This document shows, one piece after another, positions 32,155-42,068 of a stretch of 64,000 bases of DNA. The DNA is taken from positions 46,742-110,741 of the forward strand of contig CAZKTA010000004.1 of the NCBI GenBank assembly GCA_964555645.1. Reading direction: 5' to 3'. This DNA comes from an uncultured Verrucomicrobiota bacterium (GTDB taxonomy: Bacteria; Verrucomicrobiota; Verrucomicrobiia; Limisphaerales; DTLC01). A program made the position numbers and the translations under genes. The notes beneath the pieces are model-generated. The model had not been told where the DNA came from and did not search any database. It saw nothing but the letters and a program-made list of their open reading frames with translations. Position 1 is the stretch's first letter. Every line of letters starts with the position of its first letter.

Positions 32155-33303
32155 CTACGCAAGCTCGCGTTCGGTTTTGAGCCGCAACTGACCGCACGCA
32201 GCGTCAATTTCAGCACCTTTTTCGCGTCTGAGTGTCACGTGTGGGTACAGTCGTTTCAATGCCATGTAAAATGCGACCTGCGCAAACCGACTTGGCGGTT
32301 CCCACGGCAACCCTTCAACCCTGTTGAACGGGATAAGATTAATCTTGGCATTGAGCTTTCGGGCGAGGCTGGCCAGACGCTCAGCCTGCTCAAGCCCGTC
32401 ATTCAATCCGTTAATCATCACATACTCGAAAGTGATCATCTTGCCTTTCTTGAGCTGGTAATACTCGCATGCTGCGATGAGGTCTTGCAGTGGGTATCTG
32501 CGGTTGACCGGCATAATTCGGTTACGGACCGCGTCTGTTGCACCGTGTAACGAGATCGCGAGCTTGAACTGGTAGGGTTCATCCGCAAGACGTCGGATTT
32601 GTGGTGCAAGACCACAGGTCGAGATGGTTATTTTGCGCGCGCCGATGCCACCACCCCAAGGTGCGTTGAGAATACGCACAGCTTTAAGCACATTATCATA
32701 ATTCGCCAGCGGTTCGCCCATGCCCATCAGCACAACGTTGTCAACAACGCGGCCCGAGCCTGGAACGGCCTTGCACTGCGGCGCGGCACTGTGGTCGGGT
32801 TGCGCGATTCCAAAAACTGCTGGTTGCGTTGCAAATACGCGCTCGGTCGCAATGACCTGCTCGACAATCTCCTCGACAGCGAGGTTCCGGTGTAGTCCGC
32901 GCATGCCACTTGCGCAAAATCTGCACCTGAAGGCGCATCCGACTTGCGTCGAAATGCATAATGTGCGTCTGTCGCTCGGCTGGCCGTACAGTGCCGGGCT
33001 GGCTGGGATCAATACACTTTCGATAAATGCGCCGTCCGGCAGTTCCCAAAGCAGCTTCACCGTGCCGTCACGCGCAATCTGCGTGCGGCGCAAATTGAGC
33101 ACCACTAAACTGAGCCTTTGGCGGAGCGCTTCACGTAGCGCGGCTGGCAGATTGCTCATTGCGTCCCAGTCAGTAACGCGCTTTTGATACAGCCACTGTA
33201 GCAGTTGTGTCACACGGTACTGCGGCTGGCCCAGCGCCTTGAACAGCTCAAGCAGCTCATCGCGCGTGAACGACTTGATGTCAGGTTTCGCTTTGTGGGT
33301 CAT
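32155..33303 (-). CDS. rlmN: 23S rRNA m2A2503 / tRNA radical-SAM methyltransferase
   Basis: TLCISTQVGCAFRCRFCASG, VLMGMGEPLANY, LAISLHG, EYVMI, NLIPFN and IDAACGQL. Start ATG 33303. Confidence 0.97.
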   Translation of the reverse strand: MTHKAKPDIKSFTRDELLELFKALGQPQYRVTQLLQWLYQKRVTDWDAMSNLPAALREALRQRLSLVVLNLRRTQIARDGTVKLLWELPDGAFIESVLIPASPALYGQPSDRRTLCISTQVGCAFRCRFCASGMRGLHRNLAVEEIVEQVIATERVFATQPAVFGIAQPDHSAAPQCKAVPGSGRVVDNVVLMGMGEPLANYDNVLKAVRILNAPWGGGIGARKITISTCGLAPQIRRLADEPYQFKLAISLHGATDAVRNRIMPVNRRYPLQDLIAACEYYQLKKGKMITFEYVMINGLNDGLEQAERLASLARKLNAKINLIPFNRVEGLPWEPPSRFAQVAFYMALKRLYPHVTLRREKGAEIDAACGQLRLKTERELA

Positions 33304-33862
33304 CTTGACTGAAAAGATTTTTGGAAGCCGCCAGTGCCATATTATCGGTCTATTCTCATGTCGTTTCAAAAGCATCATATCGGCTATGCTGCCCCCTATA
33401 AACGTTTATTTATTCCTGAGCCGTCAAATTCCACGTGCGCACAAACAAAACGAACAATAAGTTGGAGCCGGAAGCTTTTGTCAGGCCTGTCCAGCGCGCC
33501 TAAAAATCGGGCTGGTTAGCTCTTTGAGACTCTGGAAATGCAAAGTTCGGTTTGGCGTGGTTTGCTTTGTTCCGTTGCGACAACAACGCGTCGCGCGTAT
33601 GCGAGGTGAAATGGAATTTGGGCTCCGGCCGAGCCGGTTTGCAGTGGGATCTTTAGTTTGTTCGACGCCGACGCGGACTTTAGTGAGCGACTTTTTCAGT
33701 CCTGCATGTGACCGGATTGCACTACATACACTGAGCCGAGCTGTGGGTGCTGCATGGCAAACGCAGTGAATTTGTGGCTGTGACACAGCGTGGCACTCTA
33801 ATTCGTTAACGATTCAGACGCCTTGGGCCCGGTTGCCTGCGCGCACAAAATTTGTGTGTCAT

Positions 33863-33891
33863 TTGACAAGACGCGATTTCAGTTCTAGCTT
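33863..33891 (+). promoter_or_regulatory. Putative sigma70 promoter of the 1920-aa protein gene
   Basis: TTGACA (33863-33868), 17 bp, TAGCTT (33886-33891), just upstream of ATG 33913. Confidence 0.55.
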
Positions 33892-33912
33892 TGACATAAA
33901 AGTTACAAAATA

Positions 33913-36900
33913 ATGAGATTTCATTTAGTTGGCCGCGCAACTGCGCGATTGGGGGTAGGGAATTTGGTGCTCGCAGGGTTGATTCTCGGTGCTGGCTCAC
34001 TCAACGGTTCCTATCCGTTTTTTGACAACTTTGAGTCTGGTCTGGGCAACTGGAGCGCAGGTGGCACATGGGGCTTGACAACCGTGCGCTATGCATCGGC
34101 TACGCGCTCGGTTACGGATAGTCCGGGCGCCTTCTACACAAATAACACTGACGCGGCGTTGACCTTGGCTGGTTCGATCGGCTTGGTGGGCGCAACGCGG
34201 CCTGCGTTGAGTTTCTTCCACCAATACGCGTTGGAAACCGGCTACGATTTCGGGCGCGTTGAAGTCTCCACCAACGGCGGCGCAACCTGGCTGCCCACGC
34301 CGCTGGCTGCTTACACCGGCAACCTCGGCACGATGAGCCGCGAGCAACTGGACCTCTCGGCCTACACCGGGCAGGCGAACGTCCGCATCCGCTTCCGGCT
34401 CGTTACTGACAGCTCGGTGGTCATGGACGGCTGGTATGTGGACGACGTGCTTATTGCCCAAGCGCCCCCGCCGGTCACGCTCAGCGCCACGATGACCAAC
34501 CGCAATTCAGCGGCCCTCGCCTGGACCGCCTCTGCTGCACCGGATTTCGCCGCCTACCGACTTTACCGTGCGATGTCACCCGGCGTGGACTGGCGCACCG
34601 CCGGGGTTGTGGCCGAGGTTTCGCTCGCAAGCACGACCAACCTGACTGACATCACACTCAGCCCGAAAACGACCTACTACTATCGCTTGGCCGTGGTCAG
34701 CACCAATGGCCTGCTCACACTCGGCAACGAAATCGCCGTCACGACGCATCCGGGTATGGACTATCCGTTTGTGGACAACGGTGAGGGCGGGCCGAACACA
34801 TGGATCGCCGACGCGCCCTGGGCGTTGACCACCGAGCAGTCTGCCTCGCCCACGCGCGCCTGGAGCGATTCACCGGGCACGAACTACGCCAACGGCATTC
34901 CGTCGCAATCACTGACGCTGGCCGCGCCGTTGTTTCTTGCCGGCAACGCTGTGTCGCCGGTGCTCTCGTTCAACCATAAATACGACTTTGCCTCCGGCGA
35001 TTCGGCCAACGTGGAAATCTCGACCAACACCGGCGCAAGCTGGGTCACTCTCGCCAGCTTCACTGGCACGGCCACCAACACATGGCAGCGCGGGCGCATC
35101 AGTCTGGCCGCTTACACCAACGCCACGGTGCTCATCCGTTTCCGCATCACCACCGATCCCTCGGCCAACGCAGATGGCTGGTATCTGGACGACATTTCAG
35201 TGGCTGAGGCGCCCACGGTTGTCAACGCGCCCGTGCTCGATCAGGTCACCTCGCACTCGACCCGCGTCAGTTGGCCGGCCAACACCAACCAGTTCTTTTC
35301 CCATTACGCCATCTTCCGGTCCACCGCGCCGGGCGTCGGCATCAACTCGGCGCTTGTCGCCACCATCAGCAACCGCGCCACGACCAGCCTCGTGGACACC
35401 AACCTCGCGCTCGACACGGTCTATTACTACCGCGTTTATGCGGTGAACCCGTGGGGCACATTCTCCCCGGACAGCCCCACCGAGAGCAGCACGCGCACGC
35501 TCAATAACCCGCTGCCGTTTGGCGACGGCTTCGAAGACTCGTTGCAATCGTGGAATCTGACCGGCACGTGGGGACGCGCCACCAACCACGCCCGCAGCGG
35601 CGTCGCCTGCCTGAGCGATTCACCCGGATTCAATTACGGCAACAACTCCGATTCCTCCGCCCAAACCGCGGTGAACCTGGCGGGGAGCACCTGGCCGGTA
35701 TTGAAGTTCTGGGACAGGTTCCGGCTGGCGGACGGGGACTGGGCGCGGGTTGAGGTTTCGACCGATGGCAGTGGTTGGACGCCAGTGTATGGTGCTTGGG
35801 GAGTGCGGGAGAGCTGGCGCGAGCAGCAGATTGACCTCTCGCCGTGGAAGAACCAGAGCAACCTGCGCATCCGTTTCCGGCTGATCACCGACGGGAGCAC
35901 CACCGAGGACGGCTGGAGCATAGACGATGTGGTGGTGGCCGAGCAGGCGCCTGTGGCGGTGAGCCTGCCGTTTGTGGAGGGCTTTGAGTCGGGGCTGAGC
36001 AACTGGCTGGCGTCGAGCTGGGCTGTGGACACGAACAGTCCCTACGAAGGCAACTTAGCGGTGCGGGACGTGCCTGGGCGGATGAACCCGGACACAAGTT
36101 ATGCGCTGGTGTTGGGCGGGGAATTGAACCTGAACAACGCGGTGAATCCGCAGTTGGTGTTCTGGGTGCGTGGGCAGTTGTGGTATCGGTCGCGTTTCCG
36201 GGTGCAGTATTCGACCGATGGCGGGTTGAGCTGGCCGGAGTTGACGGGGCTGAACTATGACTGGAATGCGGGCTGGACGCGGATGCAGGTGAGCTTGCAA
36301 GGCCTGATCAACCAGACCGTGCGGCTGCGGTTTGTGACGTGGTGCGAGTGGGGCAGCGCACCGGCCCAAAGCCTCTGGCTAGACAAGGTCGTCATCGAGG
36401 AGATGCCGGCGGCGGTGACGCTGGCCGCGCCCGTGCCGGGGCTGCGCACGGTGAATCTGACCTGGACGCCATCGACGCTGGGCACGGCGTTCAAGCGTTA
36501 TGAGGTGCGGCGTTCGACTGGTCCGAATGTGACGTGGGACTCGACGTTGATCGGCAGCTTCACCAACGCGGCGGTGACGAATCTCACTGACACCGGCCTG
36601 AGCATCGGGGCAACTTACTATTACCGCGTCTTTACGGTGGACACCAACGATGTGTTCATTCCGTCCAACGAGCGTTCGACGACGACCGTGCCGGTGTTGT
36701 TGCCGCTGACGGATGCGTTTGACACGACGGCGCAGTGGGTGACGACGGGTAGTTGGGGTATTGCGCCCAGCGGGCGCACCGGCACCTGCCTGAGCGACTC
36801 GCCGACCGGGGATTACGCCAACAGCACCGACACGTATGCGATGACGGCGGTGAACCTGGCGGGGAGCACCTGGCCGGTATTGAAGTTCTGGGACAGGTTC

Positions 36901-39675
36901 CGGCTGGCGGACGGGGACTGGGCGCGGGTTGAGGTTTCGACCGATGGCAGTGGTTGGACGCCAGTGTATGGTGCTTGGGGAGTGCGGGAGAGCTGGCGCG
37001 AGCAGCAGATTGACCTCTCGCCGTGGAAGAACCAGAGCAACCTGCGCATCCGTTTCCGGCTGATCACCGACGGGAGCACCACCGAGGACGGCTGGAGCAT
37101 AGACGATGTGGTGGTGGCCGAGCAGGCGCCTGTGGCGGTGAGCCTGCCGTTTGTGGAGGGCTTTGAGTCGGGGCTGAGCAACTGGCTGGCGTCGAGCTGG
37201 GCTGTGGACACGAACAGTCCCTACGAAGGCAACTTAGCGGTGCGGGACGTGCCTGGGCGGATGAACCCGGACACAAGTTATGCGCTGGTGTTGGGCGGGG
37301 AATTGAACCTGAACAACGCGGTGAATCCGCAGTTGGTGTTCTGGGTGCGTGGGCAGTTGTGGTATCGGTCGCGTTTCCGGGTGCAGTATTCGACCGATGG
37401 CGGGTTGAGCTGGCCGGAGTTGACGGGGCTGAACTATGACTGGAATGCGGGCTGGACGCGGATGCAGGTGAGCTTGCAAGGCCTGATCAACCAGACCGTG
37501 CGGCTGCGGTTTGTGACGTGGTGCGAGTGGGGCAGCGCACCGGCCCAAAGCCTCTGGCTAGACAAGGTCGTCATCGAAAACTCGCCCCCGCCGGTCACCT
37601 TGGCCGCGCCCACCGATATCACGCCCAATTCGATGCGCCTGACCTGGACCGAAACGACGATCCCGAACTTCAAGGCGTATCGGGTCTATCGCTCGGAGTC
37701 GCCCGAACCGACCGAAAGCGCGACACTGGTCGCAGTCATCACCAACCGCGCCACCACTACATTCACCGACAGCGGGTTGATGGCGCGCCGGACCTATTAC
37801 TACCGCGTCTATCTCAACAACGAGAACGACACGAGCGTCGGCTCGAACCAGTCGTCCGCCATGACGACGGGTGTGGGACTGCCCTTCGCCGATGGCTTTG
37901 AAACCAACCAGTCCGGCTGGACGTTCACCGGCACGTGGTCGCGCGCGGCGGGCATCGGTCGCAACGGCTCGTGGGCTTTGCAGGATTCGGCGGGCGACTA
38001 TCCCAACAACGCCAGTCACTACGCGCAGTTCGCAGTGGATTTGCGCGGTCTCAACTGGCCGGTGCTGCGGTTCTGGGACCGGCACGCCTTCGCCGACAAC
38101 GACTGGGGTCGGCTCTTCGTCTCAGGCGATGGCGGCGCGAACTGGACCTGTGTGTATGGCGTCTCGGCCACGCGCACGGACTGGGCCGAACAGGCCATTG
38201 ACCTGTCGCCGTGGAAAAACTCCGGCCAGGTCTGGCTGCGTTTCCAGGTTAACAGCGACGGCGGCACGCAAAACGACGGATGGTATGTGGACGACGTGTC
38301 GCTGGCCGAGCACGTGCCTGCCGCCATGGTGTATCCGTTCCACGAGAACTTCGAGTCCGGCCTGGACAACTGGCTGCGCGCATCATGGACGTTGGACACC
38401 AACTTGCCCTATGCCGGGCAGGTTGCGGTGCGCGACACCGTGCCGCCGCGCATGCCGCCCGACGCGCAATTGGTGCTCGCGCTGGGCCGCCAGTTGAACC
38501 TGAGCAATGCCGTGAACCCGGCGCTGACCTTCTGGTTGCGCGGGCAGCTTTGGTATCGCAGCCGCTTCCGCGCGCAAGCCTCGACCGACGGCGGCCTCAA
38601 CTGGAGCGACCTGGTGGCTTTGAACAACGACTGGAACCAGAACTGGACGCGCATGCAGGTGCCGCTCACGACCTACACCAACCGCAGCATCCGCCTGCGC
38701 TTCATCGTGTGGAGCGAATGGGGCACCGCACCGGATCAGGATTTGTTCCTCGACAACATTGGCATCGGCGAACCCGCCCCCGGCGCGCCCACGCTGGCCG
38801 CGCCCGCAAACTTCACCATCGTCGGCGTTTCACGTCCGACACTGGTTGTGAGCAACGCCGTGGATTTCCAAGGCGACCCGCTGACGTATCGCTTCGAGGT
38901 CTATGCCGACCCGGCGCTCTCGCAGGTCGTCGCGCAAGTGCCGGCCATTGCGTCCGGCCCGCTCACAACCAGTTGGCAGGTGGACACCGACCTGCCCAAC
39001 AACACGCAATTTTGGTGGCGCAGCCGCGCCACCGACGGGACGAACACCGGCCCGTGGATGACCACGGCGACGTTCTACGTCAACGAAACCAACCGCCCGC
39101 CCGTCGCGCCGGTCATTGCTGGCCCGCCGCCGGGCTTGATGCTGACCAACCTCGACGTGCTGCTGCTCTGGTGGCCGTCGGCAGGTGATCCGGACGAAGG
39201 CGACCGCGTAGTGTCCTACAACATTCAGGTTGCGGACAATCCGGCGTTCGCGCTGCCGGTGATCAACGCCACGAATATTCCGGCCATCGAACTGCCGCCG
39301 GGCACAAACTGGGTGCTCAGCCTGCCGCTGAACAGCCTGCCCGGTGCGCAGAACTTCGTCTGGCGCACGCTCTATCACTGGCGTGTCAGCGCCCAAGACC
39401 AGCGCGGGCTTAGTTCGGCGTGGTCGGCGGCCTGGCCGTTGCAATACGGCCCGCCTGCGCCGCGCGCCGGCACCATCACTGCCATCCGACGTGAACCGGA
39501 TGGGAAGGTGACGTTGGAATGGACTGGCGCAGCCGGGTTCGTTTACGTCGAGTTCTCGCAGACATTGGACCCAGCGCAATGGTACACAGTGGCTGGGCCG
39601 TTGCATGGCACAAATTGGACATTTAGGCCCGTGCCAGGCATCCCAATTGGCTTTTACCGGCTCCGTGCTCAGTAA
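33913..39675 (+). CDS. Giant secreted modular protein: 8 jelly-roll (InhA/MAM/cleaved-adhesin-like) modules, about 6 FN3-like domains and a C-terminal domain
   Basis: Signal-peptide-like N-terminus; modules begin (Y/L)PF.(D/E).FE...W and end W..D(D/K)V; FN3 segments end TYYYR; terminus GFYRLRAQ. Confidence 0.85.
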   Translation: MRFHLVGRATARLGVGNLVLAGLILGAGSLNGSYPFFDNFESGLGNWSAGGTWGLTTVRYASATRSVTDSPGAFYTNNTDAALTLAGSIGLVGATRPALSFFHQYALETGYDFGRVEVSTNGGATWLPTPLAAYTGNLGTMSREQLDLSAYTGQANVRIRFRLVTDSSVVMDGWYVDDVLIAQAPPPVTLSATMTNRNSAALAWTASAAPDFAAYRLYRAMSPGVDWRTAGVVAEVSLASTTNLTDITLSPKTTYYYRLAVVSTNGLLTLGNEIAVTTHPGMDYPFVDNGEGGPNTWIADAPWALTTEQSASPTRAWSDSPGTNYANGIPSQSLTLAAPLFLAGNAVSPVLSFNHKYDFASGDSANVEISTNTGASWVTLASFTGTATNTWQRGRISLAAYTNATVLIRFRITTDPSANADGWYLDDISVAEAPTVVNAPVLDQVTSHSTRVSWPANTNQFFSHYAIFRSTAPGVGINSALVATISNRATTSLVDTNLALDTVYYYRVYAVNPWGTFSPDSPTESSTRTLNNPLPFGDGFEDSLQSWNLTGTWGRATNHARSGVACLSDSPGFNYGNNSDSSAQTAVNLAGSTWPVLKFWDRFRLADGDWARVEVSTDGSGWTPVYGAWGVRESWREQQIDLSPWKNQSNLRIRFRLITDGSTTEDGWSIDDVVVAEQAPVAVSLPFVEGFESGLSNWLASSWAVDTNSPYEGNLAVRDVPGRMNPDTSYALVLGGELNLNNAVNPQLVFWVRGQLWYRSRFRVQYSTDGGLSWPELTGLNYDWNAGWTRMQVSLQGLINQTVRLRFVTWCEWGSAPAQSLWLDKVVIEEMPAAVTLAAPVPGLRTVNLTWTPSTLGTAFKRYEVRRSTGPNVTWDSTLIGSFTNAAVTNLTDTGLSIGATYYYRVFTVDTNDVFIPSNERSTTTVPVLLPLTDAFDTTAQWVTTGSWGIAPSGRTGTCLSDSPTGDYANSTDTYAMTAVNLAGSTWPVLKFWDRFRLADGDWARVEVSTDGSGWTPVYGAWGVRESWREQQIDLSPWKNQSNLRIRFRLITDGSTTEDGWSIDDVVVAEQAPVAVSLPFVEGFESGLSNWLASSWAVDTNSPYEGNLAVRDVPGRMNPDTSYALVLGGELNLNNAVNPQLVFWVRGQLWYRSRFRVQYSTDGGLSWPELTGLNYDWNAGWTRMQVSLQGLINQTVRLRFVTWCEWGSAPAQSLWLDKVVIENSPPPVTLAAPTDITPNSMRLTWTETTIPNFKAYRVYRSESPEPTESATLVAVITNRATTTFTDSGLMARRTYYYRVYLNNENDTSVGSNQSSAMTTGVGLPFADGFETNQSGWTFTGTWSRAAGIGRNGSWALQDSAGDYPNNASHYAQFAVDLRGLNWPVLRFWDRHAFADNDWGRLFVSGDGGANWTCVYGVSATRTDWAEQAIDLSPWKNSGQVWLRFQVNSDGGTQNDGWYVDDVSLAEHVPAAMVYPFHENFESGLDNWLRASWTLDTNLPYAGQVAVRDTVPPRMPPDAQLVLALGRQLNLSNAVNPALTFWLRGQLWYRSRFRAQASTDGGLNWSDLVALNNDWNQNWTRMQVPLTTYTNRSIRLRFIVWSEWGTAPDQDLFLDNIGIGEPAPGAPTLAAPANFTIVGVSRPTLVVSNAVDFQGDPLTYRFEVYADPALSQVVAQVPAIASGPLTTSWQVDTDLPNNTQFWWRSRATDGTNTGPWMTTATFYVNETNRPPVAPVIAGPPPGLMLTNLDVLLLWWPSAGDPDEGDRVVSYNIQVADNPAFALPVINATNIPAIELPPGTNWVLSLPLNSLPGAQNFVWRTLYHWRVSAQDQRGLSSAWSAAWPLQYGPPAPRAGTITAIRREPDGKVTLEWTGAAGFVYVEFSQTLDPAQWYTVAGPLHGTNWTFRPVPGIPIGFYRLRAQ
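35668..37577 (+). repeat. Intragenic direct repeat, 2 x 731 bp (35668-36398 and 36847-37577)
   Basis: Offset 1179 bp. Alternate-frame ORFs in the two copies translate identically over the shared span, and the boundaries were read by eye. Confidence 0.92.
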
Positions 39676-40645
39676 TTTTCGGCGTCGGCTGTATTGGGTG
39701 CATACAGTTGAATTGTGTGGTGAGCGAATCAGTGCTCGAAAAGCAATCTGCGCTAATGCTTCGCCAGCGCCGTTTATACAAGCGGGAGTTTTTGTGACGA
39801 AGAATTGTTGGTGATTACACCGGTTTTCTGCCCGCGATGAAATCCCCGGTTTAGCACACGCATCCAATTAACCATGTTTGATGCGCCTCTGCGCACAATA
39901 AAGGGGGTTGCAGCACGTCGGTCGAATTCAACGGGTCCGTATTGGCCGAGTACTCGTGCTTATCCGTCATGCCGCGCGCGGGCTAATGTGGTTTGCAAAG
40001 CTAAACGCCGTGAGTGCATTGGGCTAGCTCAGTTCTCGCCCGTCTGCAGTGCCGTAGCGACCTGAGCTGGCCTCGGAGGCAATTTATGGTGTTTGAAACC
40101 ACAGCACGAGCATTGCTGTGGCTAAGCCAGCCGCAGTCGGCGCTCTACCAGGGATAAAATGAAATGGTTAGCGCTTGCTTACCCTTTGCCTGACCGAATC
40201 CGTCAACCAAAGAATACTTCGAACCACGTGTCTGGCGGCCTTTGCATGATCTTTGCGCCATAGCCACGTCAATGCCAAGAGGCGCAACAACAATAAAGGC
40301 AACTTGCAAACCGTAAAAACCGCTTATGCCAACCCCTTAGCGCAACCTAAACTCCCAGTTTACATTTGGTAGAGGTAAGCAGGATGAACAGGTGTGGGCG
40401 GCTTTTTAGGTCGGGCGCGGATAACAGCGTGCGCGAGGCGGCCCAGACCTGCATCGCACAGAAAAGAATCGTGAGCCAACGTCTCATACCGTTACCTGCA
40501 CCAGGGTCTATGAAACACCAAACTCCGCCAATTCAAATCCACTCTGGCAATCTTGTCTCGTCAACACAAGGCCAGCCGTCGGCGGCCGTCCACAGCATAA
40601 CAATCGAAATACTAGTGACATCCCGACGCTACCGGCTTTAAGAGG

Positions 40646-40980
40646 TCACTCGACCTTAAGGCCGAGCGAAACCACGTCCTGCACATCGGCAGGAACAAAT
40701 TCCCACTCGGCGAGTAAAGCGCCGATCTCGAATCGTGGTTGTTCCTTTGGCTCGCCCACTGTTGTGGGCCGTGTGTCACCGACGACTTGGCCGTCCGCAG
40801 CCTACCGAAACAGAAAGACGCCGCCGGGCTTTTCTTCGATAACGATCATGGCAGTGGCTCCGAGTGGTTCGCGCAGGTCCGCCCACCTATCGATCCAGGT
40901 GGCAAACCGCCATAGCGTTTGACCTTGGGTTCGGTTTCGCCGCCGGTGATTTTGGCTGTTAGGTGGTTAGGCTTATTCAC
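40646..40980 (-). pseudogene. Decayed small gene, immunity-protein-like
   Basis: GTG 40980: MNKPNHLTAKITGGETEPKVKRYGGLPPGSIGG, frameshift, ADLREPLGATAMIVIEEKPGGVFLFR*(TAG 40804-40802)AADGQVVGDT...EWEFVPADVQDVVSLGLKVE*. The start overlaps the upstream stop (GTGA). Confidence 0.55.
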
Positions 40981-41665
40981 GGATTGGTTATCCCAGCGTT
41001 GGGGTGGCTTTTAACGATGGGGCGCCCATCAGAATCGATTGCTTCAAAATGCACGTGCTGCCCTTGTTTCAGGTCTGCCAAGTCGCTCAGGGGCAGACTG
41101 AACTGGTGTGTGTTGTCGGCCGACCGATGCACGCCAGGATGCAATTACCTTGGATCTCGGGCTAAGCTATTTTTGCCCGTGCTCTAATGGCAGCTCTGCT
41201 GTGGTTGCGCCGCCACCGATGTCACCTAAACCTTTTTACGACTGGCTGCGTGACGTCGGGGCAGCCTTTACGGCTAGCCTCAGACCCATAACCTGTGCGA
41301 TGAGCCAGTGTGCCGTTGACAACTGTATTGACTGGCTCCAGGCATTCTGTAGCTTGGCCAGCGTCCCAAAACTCAAAACCGCTGCCAGCCGCCCGAGACT
41401 GTAGCCAGCGCATAGGTTGCCCAAGTGCTGGTAGTAAAGCACAATCTCGATGGCTCGTTCTGCTCCAGCCCAGCCAGACCCGCCTCTACCAAAGCACGCT
41501 GGTCCAGAAACAGCACGTCCATGCCAGCATACACCACCACCGCATTGATGATCGAGGCAATGCTGGTGGTGGCGTACGCCTCGCGTTAGGGTAAGGTAGC
41601 CTGATGGATCCTGGCAGTTGATAGGGTTATTCCGACAATATGTACTTGGGCAGAGGCTGGATAGA
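40977..41665 (-). pseudogene. RHS-repeat core end plus C-terminal toxin-like region, multiply frameshifted
   Basis: YCRNNPINCQDPSG is the RHS core terminal motif. It is followed, after a frameshift, by hydrophobic TEAYATTSIASIINAVVVYAG, and a final segment HQFSLPLSDLADLKQGQHVHFEAIDSDGRPIVKSHPNAGITNP* ends at 40977. Confidence 0.6.
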
Positions 41666-42068
41666 TCAGTCGCGACTTTTATAAGACCTCTACAATTGTT
41701 TCTGCAAGCAGCAAGGTTGTTATAAGCTGCGTTGCCGGTTGAATGCGCACCCGCTTTTGTGAAGAGACTAAAAAATCCGCGCACTTCCCTTCTCGCTCTT
41801 GTTTCAGCAGTGCGAAAGTACATGTTGGGTGGAAACAAAACATTGGCTGTTTTGCGCAGGGGTCAATACTGTGGTCAATGCCGTGTTTGCTGGCGTATAG
41901 CGCAGCGGCCTAAAAAGGTTGTGTGGCAAAAGACCCGGATACCTTACAAGGCTCCGACTCAGAAGCGGTTTGGTCACCGAATTTTTCAGTGAGAGATTTG
42001 AGCAGATTGTGGTTTGAGCTTTTTCGTTCGTATGAGTCCGGAAAAGCCCGCATGAACGGTTCGGAATT

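Noticed and set aside
33913-39675. Abundant N-X-S/T sequons as evidence of N-glycosylation
   Set aside because: The protein is rich in Asn, Thr and Ser, so the count may be compositional; no oligosaccharyltransferase is in the window and enrichment was not computed.
37558-39867. Long alternate-frame ORFs (37558-38085, 38280-39188, 38830-39867)
   Set aside because: Shadow ORFs expected from the high GC3 of the real 1920-aa gene; Arg/Ala/Gly-rich with no motifs.
40021-40080. tRNA-like start gggctagctcagtt
   Set aside because: No anticodon arm, T-loop or CCA end follows; the sequence folds as a single long hairpin instead.
41236-41838. 200-aa ORF as an intact gene
   Set aside because: Only the central RHS motif is protein-like, and the plausible continuation is in other frames. 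Treated as a pseudogene mosaic.
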